Assembly (NCBI GenBank): GCA_016219175.1
Contig: JACRCD010000097.1
Location: forward strand, 1 to 36,087
Source: Deltaproteobacteria bacterium
GTDB taxonomy: Bacteria > Desulfobacterota > Desulfobulbia > Desulfobulbales > SURF-16
DNA length: 36,087 nt
Reading direction: 5' to 3'
Shown here piece by piece: positions 16,501 through 24,970 of this stretch. Within the stretch, counting starts at the first letter, position 1. Every line of letters starts with the position of its first letter. The translations under genes were made by a program, and so were the position numbers. The notes beneath the pieces are model-generated. The model searched no databases. It was not told the DNA's origin and saw only the letters and a list, made by a program, of their open reading frames with translations.

Positions 16501-17133
16501 TTATTGGCCAATAATGATTTGATCAGAAAGCTCATTGATATCATCAGGTTTGACAGGAAATTGGCTGGCCAGAACTTGCCCGACACCCTTGATCTGGTGG
16601 CAGAGAATTTCAGCGGCTCTGCCGGCTTTAACCCCCAAGGCGATATCGCGGGCGTAGGCCTGCAGGGCCTCCTGTTGGATTTTTTCGTAAATTCCCTTGT
16701 CCGCCAAAACCATGACCTTCCGTTCAAAAAGGGAAATAAAAAAAAGAACACCGCTCCTGCCCCGGGTTTTATCTAGACCCTTTTCATAAAACGCGGTGAG
16801 CGCCCTCTGCCGCACCTGCACTTCCAAGCGGACATCGGGGGTAAAAAATCTTTTCACCTGGGGCAGATAATGAACCAGCCACCCGCAAAGAGGCATCAGA
16901 ACAAAAGATATCACCACAAAAAACCACAAAGAATTCTTCCACAACAACTCCGTGGCAACAAGGGCCAGCAGGGCGCCGCAGAAGCAACCGGCCAGTATCT
17001 GCCCCTCGGGATAGGTGTCGCTCTGATCAACGACCATCACCGCCACTTCGCCGGATGTTTTGCACTCCACCTCGGCAATAGCACGGGAGATACTTTCCTG
17101 CTCAGCCGTTGAAAAAAAAGTTTCCGCCTTCAT
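16501..17133 (-). CDS. TPM-domain protein (second TPM gene of the lemA operon) with an internal TM segment
   Basis: The ORF track extends to 17394 through an Arg-rich artefact, which is the antisense of the upstream gene's Gly-rich tail. The real start is ATG at 17131-17133, 2 nt after the upstream TGA. The product begins MKAETFFSTAEQESISRAIAEVECKTSGEVAVMVVDQ (TPM-like), has a TM at LWFFVVISFVLMPLCGWLV, then ...RSGVLFFISLFERKVMVLADKG. Confidence 0.6.
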   Translation of the reverse strand: MKAETFFSTAEQESISRAIAEVECKTSGEVAVMVVDQSDTYPEGQILAGCFCGALLALVATELLWKNSLWFFVVISFVLMPLCGWLVHYLPQVKRFFTPDVRLEVQVRQRALTAFYEKGLDKTRGRSGVLFFISLFERKVMVLADKGIYEKIQQEALQAYARDIALGVKAGRAAEILCHQIKGVGQVLASQFPVKPDDINELSDQIIIGQ

Positions 17134-17135
17134 GA

Positions 17136-18020
17136 TCACCAATCGCCGGAAGCGCCGCCGCCTCCGAACCCTCCTCCGCCAAAACCGCCGAAACCACCGC
17201 CATGCCCGCCGCCGCCATAATACCCCATGCCACCGCCCAGCAAAATGTTGCCCAGCATGAAGGGCAGGAGAAAACCGCCGAAGGCGCCAACAGGAACCAG
17301 AAGCAGCAGCATGAGAAAACTGAAGGGCAACAGGCCGAAAAAAAAGAGTAGCGGAAACAGGATCCCTCCGGCAACCACACCAAGGGGCCGCCAAATTTTA
17401 CCCATGATGGCGACCACGAACATGCCGAAAAAAAGAAACTGCAAAAACGGCGATGACTCCTCCCCGTGCCGTCCCGCTCTTTCCCTCCGGCCCTCTGCCT
17501 TGAATTCTCCCCGGACAGCCTGCAAAATAGCACCAATTCCAGCCTCAAACCCCTCATCAAATCCGTCTTTCTTGAACAATGGCCTGATCACCGTATCGAC
17601 AATGCGTCCGCTCAACAGATCGGTGAGAACAGGCTCAAGCCCGCGGCCCACTTCAATGCGTATCTTTTTGTCGTTTTTGGCGACCAGGAGAAGAACGCCA
17701 TTATCCTTGCCTTGCAGGCCGATCTTCCACTGTTCCACCACTTTGATGCTGAAATCCTCCAGAGGCTCTCCATCCAGTGATGGAATGGTAAGGATTGCCA
17801 CCTGGGTGGAATCGGTAAGGTCAAAGGACTGCAGGGCTCGCTCAAGCTTCACTTCGGCCTGAGAGGAGATCAAATCGGCATAGTCATTGACGTAGCCTTT
17901 ATACGGCGGGATATCCAGGGCTAAGGCCGGACGACAGCCCAGGCGACAGGAAAAAACCGCCAGCACCAGGATGGCGACAGCCAGTCCCCATCCTCCCCTA
18001 TGTTGCGCCCACGCTTTCAA
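17136..18020 (-). CDS. TPM-domain (YgcG-like) membrane protein with a Gly-rich C-terminal tail
   Basis: The signal/TM region is followed by a TPM domain (YVNDYADLIS...VAILTIPSLDGEPLEDFSIKVVEQWKIG...GVLLLVAKNDKKIRIEVGRGLE). Then come TM helices and GGGMGYYGGGGHGGGFGGFGGGGFGGGG. TTG start directly abuts the lemA stop. Confidence 0.7.
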   Translation of the reverse strand: MKAWAQHRGGWGLAVAILVLAVFSCRLGCRPALALDIPPYKGYVNDYADLISSQAEVKLERALQSFDLTDSTQVAILTIPSLDGEPLEDFSIKVVEQWKIGLQGKDNGVLLLVAKNDKKIRIEVGRGLEPVLTDLLSGRIVDTVIRPLFKKDGFDEGFEAGIGAILQAVRGEFKAEGRRERAGRHGEESSPFLQFLFFGMFVVAIMGKIWRPLGVVAGGILFPLLFFFGLLPFSFLMLLLLVPVGAFGGFLLPFMLGNILLGGGMGYYGGGGHGGGFGGFGGGGFGGGGASGDW

Positions 18021-18608
18021 CTAAAATTTGACCTTCGGAGCTGCTTCCGCGCCTGCCTCGGCTTTAAACGGTTCCCGCCGCGGCAATTTCAGCAGAAAAT
18101 TGTTGGTCAGATTGTTCGGAAAGGTACGGATGGAGGTATTGAATACCTTGACCGTTTCGTTGTAGCGCACCCGGGCGACATTGATTCTGTTTTCCGTTCC
18201 TTCCAGCTGGTGCTGAAGGTCTCTGAAATTCTGATTGGCCTTCAGATCGGGATATTGCTCCACAACCACCATGAGGCGGGAAAGCGCTGAACTTAGCCCC
18301 CCCTGGGCCGACTGGAATTGAGCCAGCGCCTCGGGATTGTTGACCACATCGGCGCCGAGCTTCAATTGCCCCACCTTGGCCCTGGCCTCGGTTACTGCCG
18401 TGAGTGTTTCTTTTTCGTGGGCCGCGTAACCTTTTACCACCTCAACCAGATTGGGGATCAGATCCGCCCTTCGCTGATAGGACGCCTCGACATCGCCCCA
18501 GGCGGCAATCACTGCTTCATCATTCTGCTGAATCGTATTATAGCCGCAACCGCTGAGGCTAAGACAAAACAACATCAGTACCGGAAAAATCAACCTTATT
18601 CTTTTCAT
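18021..18608 (-). CDS. lemA: LemA family lipoprotein
   Basis: MKRIRLIFPVLMLFCLSLSGC has a lipobox. The rest reads as LemA-like (AVIAAWGDVEASYQRRADLIPNLVEVVKGYAAHEKETL...). The ATG at 18606-18608 is preferred over the TTG at 18668 shown in the ORF track. Confidence 0.75.
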   Translation of the reverse strand: MKRIRLIFPVLMLFCLSLSGCGYNTIQQNDEAVIAAWGDVEASYQRRADLIPNLVEVVKGYAAHEKETLTAVTEARAKVGQLKLGADVVNNPEALAQFQSAQGGLSSALSRLMVVVEQYPDLKANQNFRDLQHQLEGTENRINVARVRYNETVKVFNTSIRTFPNNLTNNFLLKLPRREPFKAEAGAEAAPKVKF

Positions 18609-18802
18609 AGCCGCCGCTCCCCAAAAATATTTATCAATAACACCAAATAGACTGTAATATTCTAGCAAACATCGCCTTTGTCAACCCCGCCTGCCCCTGT
18701 AATTTATTTATATGAAAGTCGACGGTGCTCGAAAATGACCATGCCGGAGCGCCGGACTTTTATGGTTCGTTGTGGCTGGCCAGCCTGGTCCAGCCATGCT
18801 GG

Positions 18803-19684
18803 TTAGCCGGAAGACTTACCGGCAACAGCGCGGAATTTCTTGATAAACCCGACAGGTTTATAGCTGAGCTTGGCGTGACGCAACCCTTCGTCGCCCAAAT
18901 CCTGCTCCCGGTTGATAAAGTCATACTTCTCCGGCAGAATCGAGGCAAAGGCCTGATTGACAAATTGCCACAACCCCTTATATTCGCCAATGGCCTTTTC
19001 AAAATGGATGGCAAAACTCCTGCCCAGCATGAGTTCCTCTCCCAGCGAATAGGCCACGGGCTGCCCGTCAACATAGTAAATCCCCCCGCACAGCTGCAGC
19101 TCCTCGGTTTTTTCCAGGGCCTCTTTTGCTGCAAAATAATCACCCGGATCATCCCTGCCCTGCCGCCATGTCTCCAGCACCTGGAAGGCATCCCCCTTAT
19201 ACTCTTCCAGCAGCGGCCTTCCCTCATACGAATAATTACTGACAAATGCCTTGATCAAATTGCGCTTTTTATGAAATTTCCCCCCGGTAAGTTCGGCAAG
19301 ATCCTGGCGTCGGTAAAGATAGTCATAATTGTCCCTGTCCTCAATGATCCGATAGCCCATTTCCGGCAACATCCCGGCCTGGGCTTCGGAGACACATTTC
19401 AGCACGGTGAATTCCGCAAACAGCTGCTGCAGCTGCTTTTCATCCGGTAATCCGAAGGGCAGCATAAAAAAAGATTTTCCCCCGTCAGCTCCGGCCAGCA
19501 GCAACACCTCCTTGGGGAGCATGGCAATCTGGTAACGATGGGCCTTTCTGAAGAGATACAGATTGGCAAAGGTAAATTCTGAAATGCCTCCCGGCAATTG
19601 CTGAAACCGTGGATGCAGGATATGCCGGGTCATCAGGTCCAGATCGCACCTGCGCGGGTATTCAGGTATCATAAGGTCATTCAT
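18803..19684 (-). CDS. Stand-alone DUF2156/FemAB-like GNAT-fold transferase, related to the MprF C-terminal aminoacyl-tRNA-dependent lipid aminoacylation domain
   Basis: The internal motif FHKKRNLIKAF and the C-terminal EGLRHAKLSYKPVGF resemble the Fem/MprF-C fold signatures. The exact 5' end is uncertain: my reading of the first codons differs slightly from the track, and an unambiguous ATG lies at 19670-19672. Confidence 0.5.
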   Translation of the reverse strand: MNDLMIPEYPRRCDLDLMTRHILHPRFQQLPGGISEFTFANLYLFRKAHRYQIAMLPKEVLLLAGADGGKSFFMLPFGLPDEKQLQQLFAEFTVLKCVSEAQAGMLPEMGYRIIEDRDNYDYLYRRQDLAELTGGKFHKKRNLIKAFVSNYSYEGRPLLEEYKGDAFQVLETWRQGRDDPGDYFAAKEALEKTEELQLCGGIYYVDGQPVAYSLGEELMLGRSFAIHFEKAIGEYKGLWQFVNQAFASILPEKYDFINREQDLGDEGLRHAKLSYKPVGFIKKFRAVAGKSSG

Positions 19685-19793
19685 TGGCTCGCTTTCATCA
19701 TATGTGTGCAGGTCAATAAAATTGAACCATCTTACCCCGCCAGTGTCAAATCTAATATGCTTTGTGGTATGATGCTTCAGTAAGGGAAAAACG

Positions 19794-21011
19794 ATGACCG
19801 ATCAAAAAAAACATAAATGGTTTCTGCTTGCCACCATTGCCGCGTATTGCCTGATTGGCATCGAGATCATCATCATGATCTCCCCGTTTGCCCTTTATTT
19901 CTACTCGGTTTACGGACCAATCCTGGATTTTTTTTCCGCCTCTCCCTATCTGAGCTGGACAACGGAATTCTTTCTGCCTCACATGACCTTCCCGGACGAC
20001 CCTTTCATTCTGGCCTGCTCCTATCTGCAGGTACTGCTTGTCGTGGGTTTATTCCTTTTTGTCACCGCGGCGATTCCTCTGTACTATGGCCGTTTTACCG
20101 GCAAGGGTGTGGTACGCGGGAACTTTTACGCAAAAGTCAGACATCCCCAATATCTGTTTCTTGCCATCTCGGGTTTCGGGCTTCTGCTCTATTGGCCCCG
20201 CTTCATCATTCTCATCATGTACGTCACCATGCTGTTTGTTTATTACCTGCTGGCCCGCAATGAAGAATGGCGCATGAAGCAGGAAGCTCCCGGCAGCTAT
20301 GAATCATACATGAAAAAGACCCCCATGTTCATCCCCGGAGAACCTGGAGGCAAAATCTACCGCATCATCTTCGGTTGGATCAAACCGAAATGGTTCGGTA
20401 TTCTTGCCGCCTATTGCCTGGCCATTATCCTGTCGGTTTCCACGGCAATGGGCCTCAGAGAGTATACAATAAAAAAACTGCCTGCCGTCACCATCAACGC
20501 CACGACAGTCCTCCCCGTTTTCCCGCGTCCGGCGGGTGAGATCAGGGAGTTGTATGCAAAGATCGCCGCCTCCCCAAAGGTTCAGCCCTTTCTTGAGGGG
20601 GATGCGGAAGCCAACCTGGTCTATATCTTTCCCGGTGATTTTTTTCTGAATGCGCTTGTTACCGAGGAAGACCGCCGTTTTTCAGACGATATCATCGAAC
20701 GCTTTCCGGAAGTGCTGGAATGGCACCAGCATAAATTTCGCGGCGGGCTGGGAAAGTTTTTCAGAATTTTCTACAACTTTGTCCGCACCCTGGGAAACGT
20801 TGAAACGGATTACCATGTTGAACGGTTTGTTTTTATGCGTATAACCAACGACAAAGGAGGTCTCGCCGCGCCTGAAGATATCTTTAAACTGGGGATGAAA
20901 AGGAAATCGGTACTGCTCGTGGATGTAGATGTTGAGGACATCCGGATTGTTTCGGTTATTATCACGACGGGAAAACATAAGTGGGGGGCAATGCCGATGC
21001 CGTCTTTTTAG
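19794..21011 (+). CDS. Integral membrane ICMT/PEMT-family methyltransferase (N-terminal ~190 aa) fused to an uncharacterised ~210-aa C-terminal domain
   Basis: Multi-TM N-terminus contains the family signature VRHPQYLFLAISGFGLLLYWP...EEWRMKQEAPGSYESY. The C-terminal domain (KLPAVTINATTVLPVFPRPAGE...VDVDVEDIRIVSVIITTGKHKWG) is not recognisable to me. Confidence 0.6.
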   Translation: MTDQKKHKWFLLATIAAYCLIGIEIIIMISPFALYFYSVYGPILDFFSASPYLSWTTEFFLPHMTFPDDPFILACSYLQVLLVVGLFLFVTAAIPLYYGRFTGKGVVRGNFYAKVRHPQYLFLAISGFGLLLYWPRFIILIMYVTMLFVYYLLARNEEWRMKQEAPGSYESYMKKTPMFIPGEPGGKIYRIIFGWIKPKWFGILAAYCLAIILSVSTAMGLREYTIKKLPAVTINATTVLPVFPRPAGEIRELYAKIAASPKVQPFLEGDAEANLVYIFPGDFFLNALVTEEDRRFSDDIIERFPEVLEWHQHKFRGGLGKFFRIFYNFVRTLGNVETDYHVERFVFMRITNDKGGLAAPEDIFKLGMKRKSVLLVDVDVEDIRIVSVIITTGKHKWGAMPMPSF

Positions 21012-21015
21012 ATTT

Positions 21016-21309
21016 TTACTGGCGGCAAACGTCGAGGACGCCTTCTTCCCGCAGATCAAGGCAATCGACAAGGGTTATTTTTTCCTCGTAGAGCAATTCC
21101 GTTCCATGCTTAACCATTCTCTCTATTGTGTCGACCCATCTTTGCCTGCTTTTTCTGCCCAGTTTCCGGCAGATCCTGTCGACATCATGGCACCCTGTAC
21201 ACCGGGACTGCAGAACCACCCCGCAATCGACGGCAGGCATATCTTCCCCGGAACAGGACAGGATAAAACCAAGGCAAAAAATAAGGGCGCCCGCATAGTG
21301 CCGGCTCAT
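21016..21309 (-). CDS. Small Cys-rich lipoprotein with a single CxxCH haem-binding motif (putative mono-haem cytochrome c)
   Basis: Lipoprotein signal ALIFCLGFILSC; RCTGCHD motif; 97 aa with 8 Cys. ATG at 21307-21309 with a GGAGC SD. Confidence 0.4.
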   Translation of the reverse strand: MSRHYAGALIFCLGFILSCSGEDMPAVDCGVVLQSRCTGCHDVDRICRKLGRKSRQRWVDTIERMVKHGTELLYEEKITLVDCLDLREEGVLDVCRQ

Positions 21310-21402
21310 GGCATTGTTGCTCCAAAATCATCAACAAAGTGGGATACTCATCATACAGAAAGTTCGCCCAACCCGCATTGCGAGAGAAACGAGAACAATT
21401 TT

Positions 21403-22647
21403 TTATCCGGGAATACAAATCATTTCGTACTTATCCCCTGTTAAGCTTTGCCCGCCTCCCTGGGTCACGGCAAAGGTATTTTCAACCCCCACCATCCCCA
21501 CATGCGGGATGCCTATTTTGGGCTCGATGGCCAGCACCATTCCCTGTTCAAGCGGCAGATCAAAACCTTTGGCCAGCACGGGGTACTCATCAATAGCAAG
21601 CCCAATGCCATGGCCGACAAAGTTCACCTTGTTTCTGCCGAGTCCCATGAACCCTTCCGCCCAGCCTTCCTTGTCAGCCCAGGCCAGCACATGCCGCCAA
21701 AGTTCGCTGGGCAGCGCTCCGGGCCTTAAGCGATCAGCAAGCCAATCCTGAACTTCGATGCAGAAATCATGGGCGGCTTGAACCCGGGCCGGGATGGTGG
21801 TGCGACTCCCCAGCCAGTATACCTGGGTCTTGTCGGTCTGATATCCTTCGAAGTTGAAGCCGACATCGATAGCCAGCGGTTCTCCTCTTCTCCAGAACTT
21901 ACGGCCCGAACCCATATGAGGGACGGCGGCATGGGCGCCTCGCAGCCCTAAGGGACCATTAAACACACTGGGATAATTGCCGCTGTCTCCCGCGGCAATG
22001 TGTCCCATGAAGACCTCTTCGCCGTAAGCGCCCATCCGTAAAATGCCATGATGCCCCTGTTCGAAAAAAAGAGCGGACAGAATGTGTGCTATTGCCAGCT
22101 CATTCATCTCTTCCCGGAGCAAGGCAGGCAACAGCTCAACCAGACACCTTGCGTGCCGTGCTCCGGCCTCTTGCAGCTTAGCCAGCTCCCAAACGGACTT
22201 TGTGCCGCGGGCCATGGCAAGAACTCTATCGCCGGCAAGAAACTCTTGCCTTGACAGAGCGGCCGTTAAACTGGCGGCAAGAGACCAGGACAGCCCGTTC
22301 ATCTCAGCGGCAACCTTTGCCGGCAAGGGTGAGCCCGCATCTCGCAACGCCCCCTCAATGTCCTTATAAGACCTGAATGGTAAAATATTTTCCAGCGGCG
22401 CCTCCAGCTCCGCCCGCTCCTGCCCGCGCCGGCAAAACAGAACAGGCTGCCCTTCAAGCGGCAGCCAGAAGATGCCGTTGACGAAGGCGCCGCATAAGTA
22501 ATAGATATTCAACCGTGAAAAGACGATGATTCCTTGCGCCTCGGGCACGTTGTCCTTCAGCAAAACCCGGCATCTATTCCAGCGGTTTTCCAATTCCCGC
22601 AGCGACACACTTTCCAAAAAATTCTCCCGTTGTAACAGCACGTTCAT
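21403..22647 (-). CDS. M24 family metallopeptidase (prolidase/creatinase-like), paralog of the pepP-like gene at 4650-5741
   Basis: Pita-bread blocks are present: LAIDVGFNFEGYQTDKTQ, FVGHGIGLAIDEYP, LAIEPKIG. Confidence 0.8.
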   Translation of the reverse strand: MNVLLQRENFLESVSLRELENRWNRCRVLLKDNVPEAQGIIVFSRLNIYYLCGAFVNGIFWLPLEGQPVLFCRRGQERAELEAPLENILPFRSYKDIEGALRDAGSPLPAKVAAEMNGLSWSLAASLTAALSRQEFLAGDRVLAMARGTKSVWELAKLQEAGARHARCLVELLPALLREEMNELAIAHILSALFFEQGHHGILRMGAYGEEVFMGHIAAGDSGNYPSVFNGPLGLRGAHAAVPHMGSGRKFWRRGEPLAIDVGFNFEGYQTDKTQVYWLGSRTTIPARVQAAHDFCIEVQDWLADRLRPGALPSELWRHVLAWADKEGWAEGFMGLGRNKVNFVGHGIGLAIDEYPVLAKGFDLPLEQGMVLAIEPKIGIPHVGMVGVENTFAVTQGGGQSLTGDKYEMICIPG

Positions 22648-22656
22648 TCGTCGGAA

Positions 22657-23241
22657 TCATTTGTTTTTCGATGAAAGGCCCTTGAGAGCATAGATAATTT
22701 TGCTGTGCAAACATGCCTTTATGTCATCCGGTTTCTCTTCACCGGAGATAATCCACTGGTAGATATGGCTGGCCCGCATCTTTTCCCAGCCAACGCTGAC
22801 TGAGTCTTTCATGTGGATTTCGTCGGCCTCTTGGGCGTACAAATAGACCTCGGGAGACCAATTCACCGTTTGTTCGGGGTTTTGAGCCCGCACGGCATCG
22901 GTAACAAGCTGAATGGACGAATCATCCCGCAGCGATTTGATAAAAACCGGATCAAATCCCCAAATAGTTATTTCATAACCCGTATCGGCATCATTTTCTG
23001 AACCTAGAGCCATTGCGCCATCCAGATCAATTTTTACTCTTTTCTGGCTTTTCCGTAATACCTGGATCGCCTGGTACCCTTCCGCCCCAACTATTTTCCT
23101 GGCCTCATTCGCCCCGTAATGGATTCCCCCCTGACAGGTATCGCAGTCACTGAAATTTTTTATCTCTTCGGCCAATATGGCCCCTGGCGCGAAAATGCTC
23201 ATTACCGCTGCTATAAAAACAACCAGAGAGGTGTATTTCAT
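22657..23241 (-). CDS. Secreted hypothetical protein (194 aa from the ATG)
   Basis: The ORF track extends to 23538, but the signal peptide MKYTSLVVFIAAVMSIFAPGAILA begins at ATG 23239-23241. I recognise no family. Confidence 0.5.
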   Translation of the reverse strand: MKYTSLVVFIAAVMSIFAPGAILAEEIKNFSDCDTCQGGIHYGANEARKIVGAEGYQAIQVLRKSQKRVKIDLDGAMALGSENDADTGYEITIWGFDPVFIKSLRDDSSIQLVTDAVRAQNPEQTVNWSPEVYLYAQEADEIHMKDSVSVGWEKMRASHIYQWIISGEEKPDDIKACLHSKIIYALKGLSSKNK

Positions 23242-23326
23242 TTTATTTCCTTTGAAAAATTTATTGAAAAATGATGATGGGCGGACACTTTTCCCGCCAA
23301 GTTCGGAGAAGTACCCCAGGCGCATT

Positions 23327-23974
23327 TCACCGCTTAGGCCCTCGGCCACGGTTTGCCGGCCCGCGCTTCTGCACGGAGAAACCGAAGCGGCCGATGCTGG
23401 GTCCCAAGGCAAAATATTGCCCGAGGCAGTATGACAGCAAGCCTGCTTTCTCCAGACGAAATTTCCCCTTGGCATCGAGCAGCGCTGATGAAACCTGCAC
23501 GGCAATGACCTCGGCCACAAACATCGTGTGTGAGCCAAGATTCAATGTTTCCCGAACGACGCACTCAATATTAACCGGGCTTTCCAGGATAATGGGGCAT
23601 TGCACCTTCAAGGCCTGGGCCGGGGTCAGTCCGGTTTCGGCGAATTTGTCCACCTTCCTTCCGGAGACCATGCCGCACCAGTCCGTGACTTTTGCCTGCT
23701 GCAGGGAAGGCACATTGACAACAAACTCGCCGGTGGTGCGAATAATTTCATAGGAATAGCGATCAGGACGGACCGAGATCGACAGCATGGGCGGATCGCT
23801 GCATACGCTTCCGGTCCAGGCAATGGTAATGATATTCGGCTTCCAAGCCGCCGTCCCGCCGCAGGTGACCAGAACCACGGGCAGCGGGGACAGCACGTTT
23901 CCCGGCTTCCAGGACTGCTTATCAATGCGTCCTCTCTTTGTCGCTTTTTTCATCTTTTTGCGCGGAGTTCCCAC
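23327..23974 (-). CDS. Flavin reductase-like FMN-binding split-barrel protein
   Basis: PLPVVLVTCGG...NIITIAWTGSVCSDPPMLSISVRP...EFVVNVPS is characteristic of the flavin reductase domain. The start is uncertain: GTG at 23974 or ATG at 23951-23953. Confidence 0.6.
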   Translation of the reverse strand: MGTPRKKMKKATKRGRIDKQSWKPGNVLSPLPVVLVTCGGTAAWKPNIITIAWTGSVCSDPPMLSISVRPDRYSYEIIRTTGEFVVNVPSLQQAKVTDWCGMVSGRKVDKFAETGLTPAQALKVQCPIILESPVNIECVVRETLNLGSHTMFVAEVIAVQVSSALLDAKGKFRLEKAGLLSYCLGQYFALGPSIGRFGFSVQKRGPANRGRGPKR

Positions 23975-24153
23975 TGTTCAAGGATAAAACAAAAGGTCAA
24001 AGGGCTGCTGATACCGACTATGGTGATGACATATCATAAGAAATATTTTCATGCAAGAGTCCAAATCCGCGCAACCAACTCGGCTTGCCACGCTTCTTCC
24101 CTCTTTAGGGCTATCGCACTCAATCCCTTGACAAGTGCCATTTCTCGGGTTTA

Positions 24154-24963
24154 ATGATCGTTATGCTTTCTTTTCCAAACATAGACCCTGTTCTAGTCAG
24201 CCTCGGCCCTTTGCAGGTCCGCTGGTACGGCCTGATGTATGTCCTCGGCTTTTGCGCCTCCTACCTTCTTGTCAGACACCAGCTGCAAAAATTCCGGCTG
24301 GAAAAACTGGCCGCTGAATTTGAAAACCTCAATTTTATGCTCATCATCAGCCTTGTCCTGGGAGGCAGGCTGGGCTATGTCCTTTTTTATAATTTTTCCT
24401 ACTACTTGCAGCACCCGCTGGAGACTCTCGCCACCTGGCATGGCGGCATGTCCTTTCATGGCGCGGTTCTGGGACTCATCCTGGCCGGATATCTTTACTG
24501 CAGGAAGAAAGGGTTGAACTTTTTAGAGGCGGCGGACATCTATGTTGTAACGACCCCTGTGGGATTAGGGCTTGGCCGCCTCGGCAATTTTATCAATGCC
24601 GAACTCTACGGCCGTGTCAGCAATGTCCCCTGGGCCATGGTTTTTCCCGGTGGCGGCCCCCTTGCCCGCCACCCTTCCCAACTTTATGAGGCTCTGCTGG
24701 AGGGGGTGATGCTGTTTATCATTCTCTGGCGCCTGAAAACTATAAAATACCGCCGTCGCTGGGGGCACGGCACCATGCTTGCCGCCTTTCTGATGCTTTA
24801 CGGCATTTTCCGTATTGTCGTCGAGTTTTTCCGGCAACCTGACGCTCATATCGGCTTTCTGGCAGGATTTCTCACCCGCGGCCAACTATTAAGCGCAATC
24901 ATGATTTGTGCTGGATTAATTCTCTATTTTAACGTAAAAACGAATCAACAGCCCAAAGCGTAA
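24154..24963 (+). CDS. lgt: Prolipoprotein diacylglyceryl transferase
   Basis: The N-terminus reads LGPLQVRWYGLMYVLGF. GGRLGYVLFYN, the HGGMSFHGAVLGLIL region and LGNFINAELYGR are conserved Lgt blocks. Confidence 0.85.
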   Translation: MIVMLSFPNIDPVLVSLGPLQVRWYGLMYVLGFCASYLLVRHQLQKFRLEKLAAEFENLNFMLIISLVLGGRLGYVLFYNFSYYLQHPLETLATWHGGMSFHGAVLGLILAGYLYCRKKGLNFLEAADIYVVTTPVGLGLGRLGNFINAELYGRVSNVPWAMVFPGGGPLARHPSQLYEALLEGVMLFIILWRLKTIKYRRRWGHGTMLAAFLMLYGIFRIVVEFFRQPDAHIGFLAGFLTRGQLLSAIMICAGLILYFNVKTNQQPKA

Positions 24964-24970
24964 CGTTCCC

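Noticed and set aside
16501-17394. Arg-rich N-terminal extension (RRRRRFRR...) of the second TPM ORF in the six-frame track
   Set aside because: It arises from reading through the antisense of the upstream gene's Gly-rich tail. A proper ATG (17131-17133) sits 2 nt after the upstream stop.
18725-19450. 241-aa plus-strand ORF overlapping the DUF2156 gene
   Set aside because: The minus-strand frame carries the Fem/MprF-C motifs. The plus frame is Pro/Leu/Gln-rich with no recognisable features.
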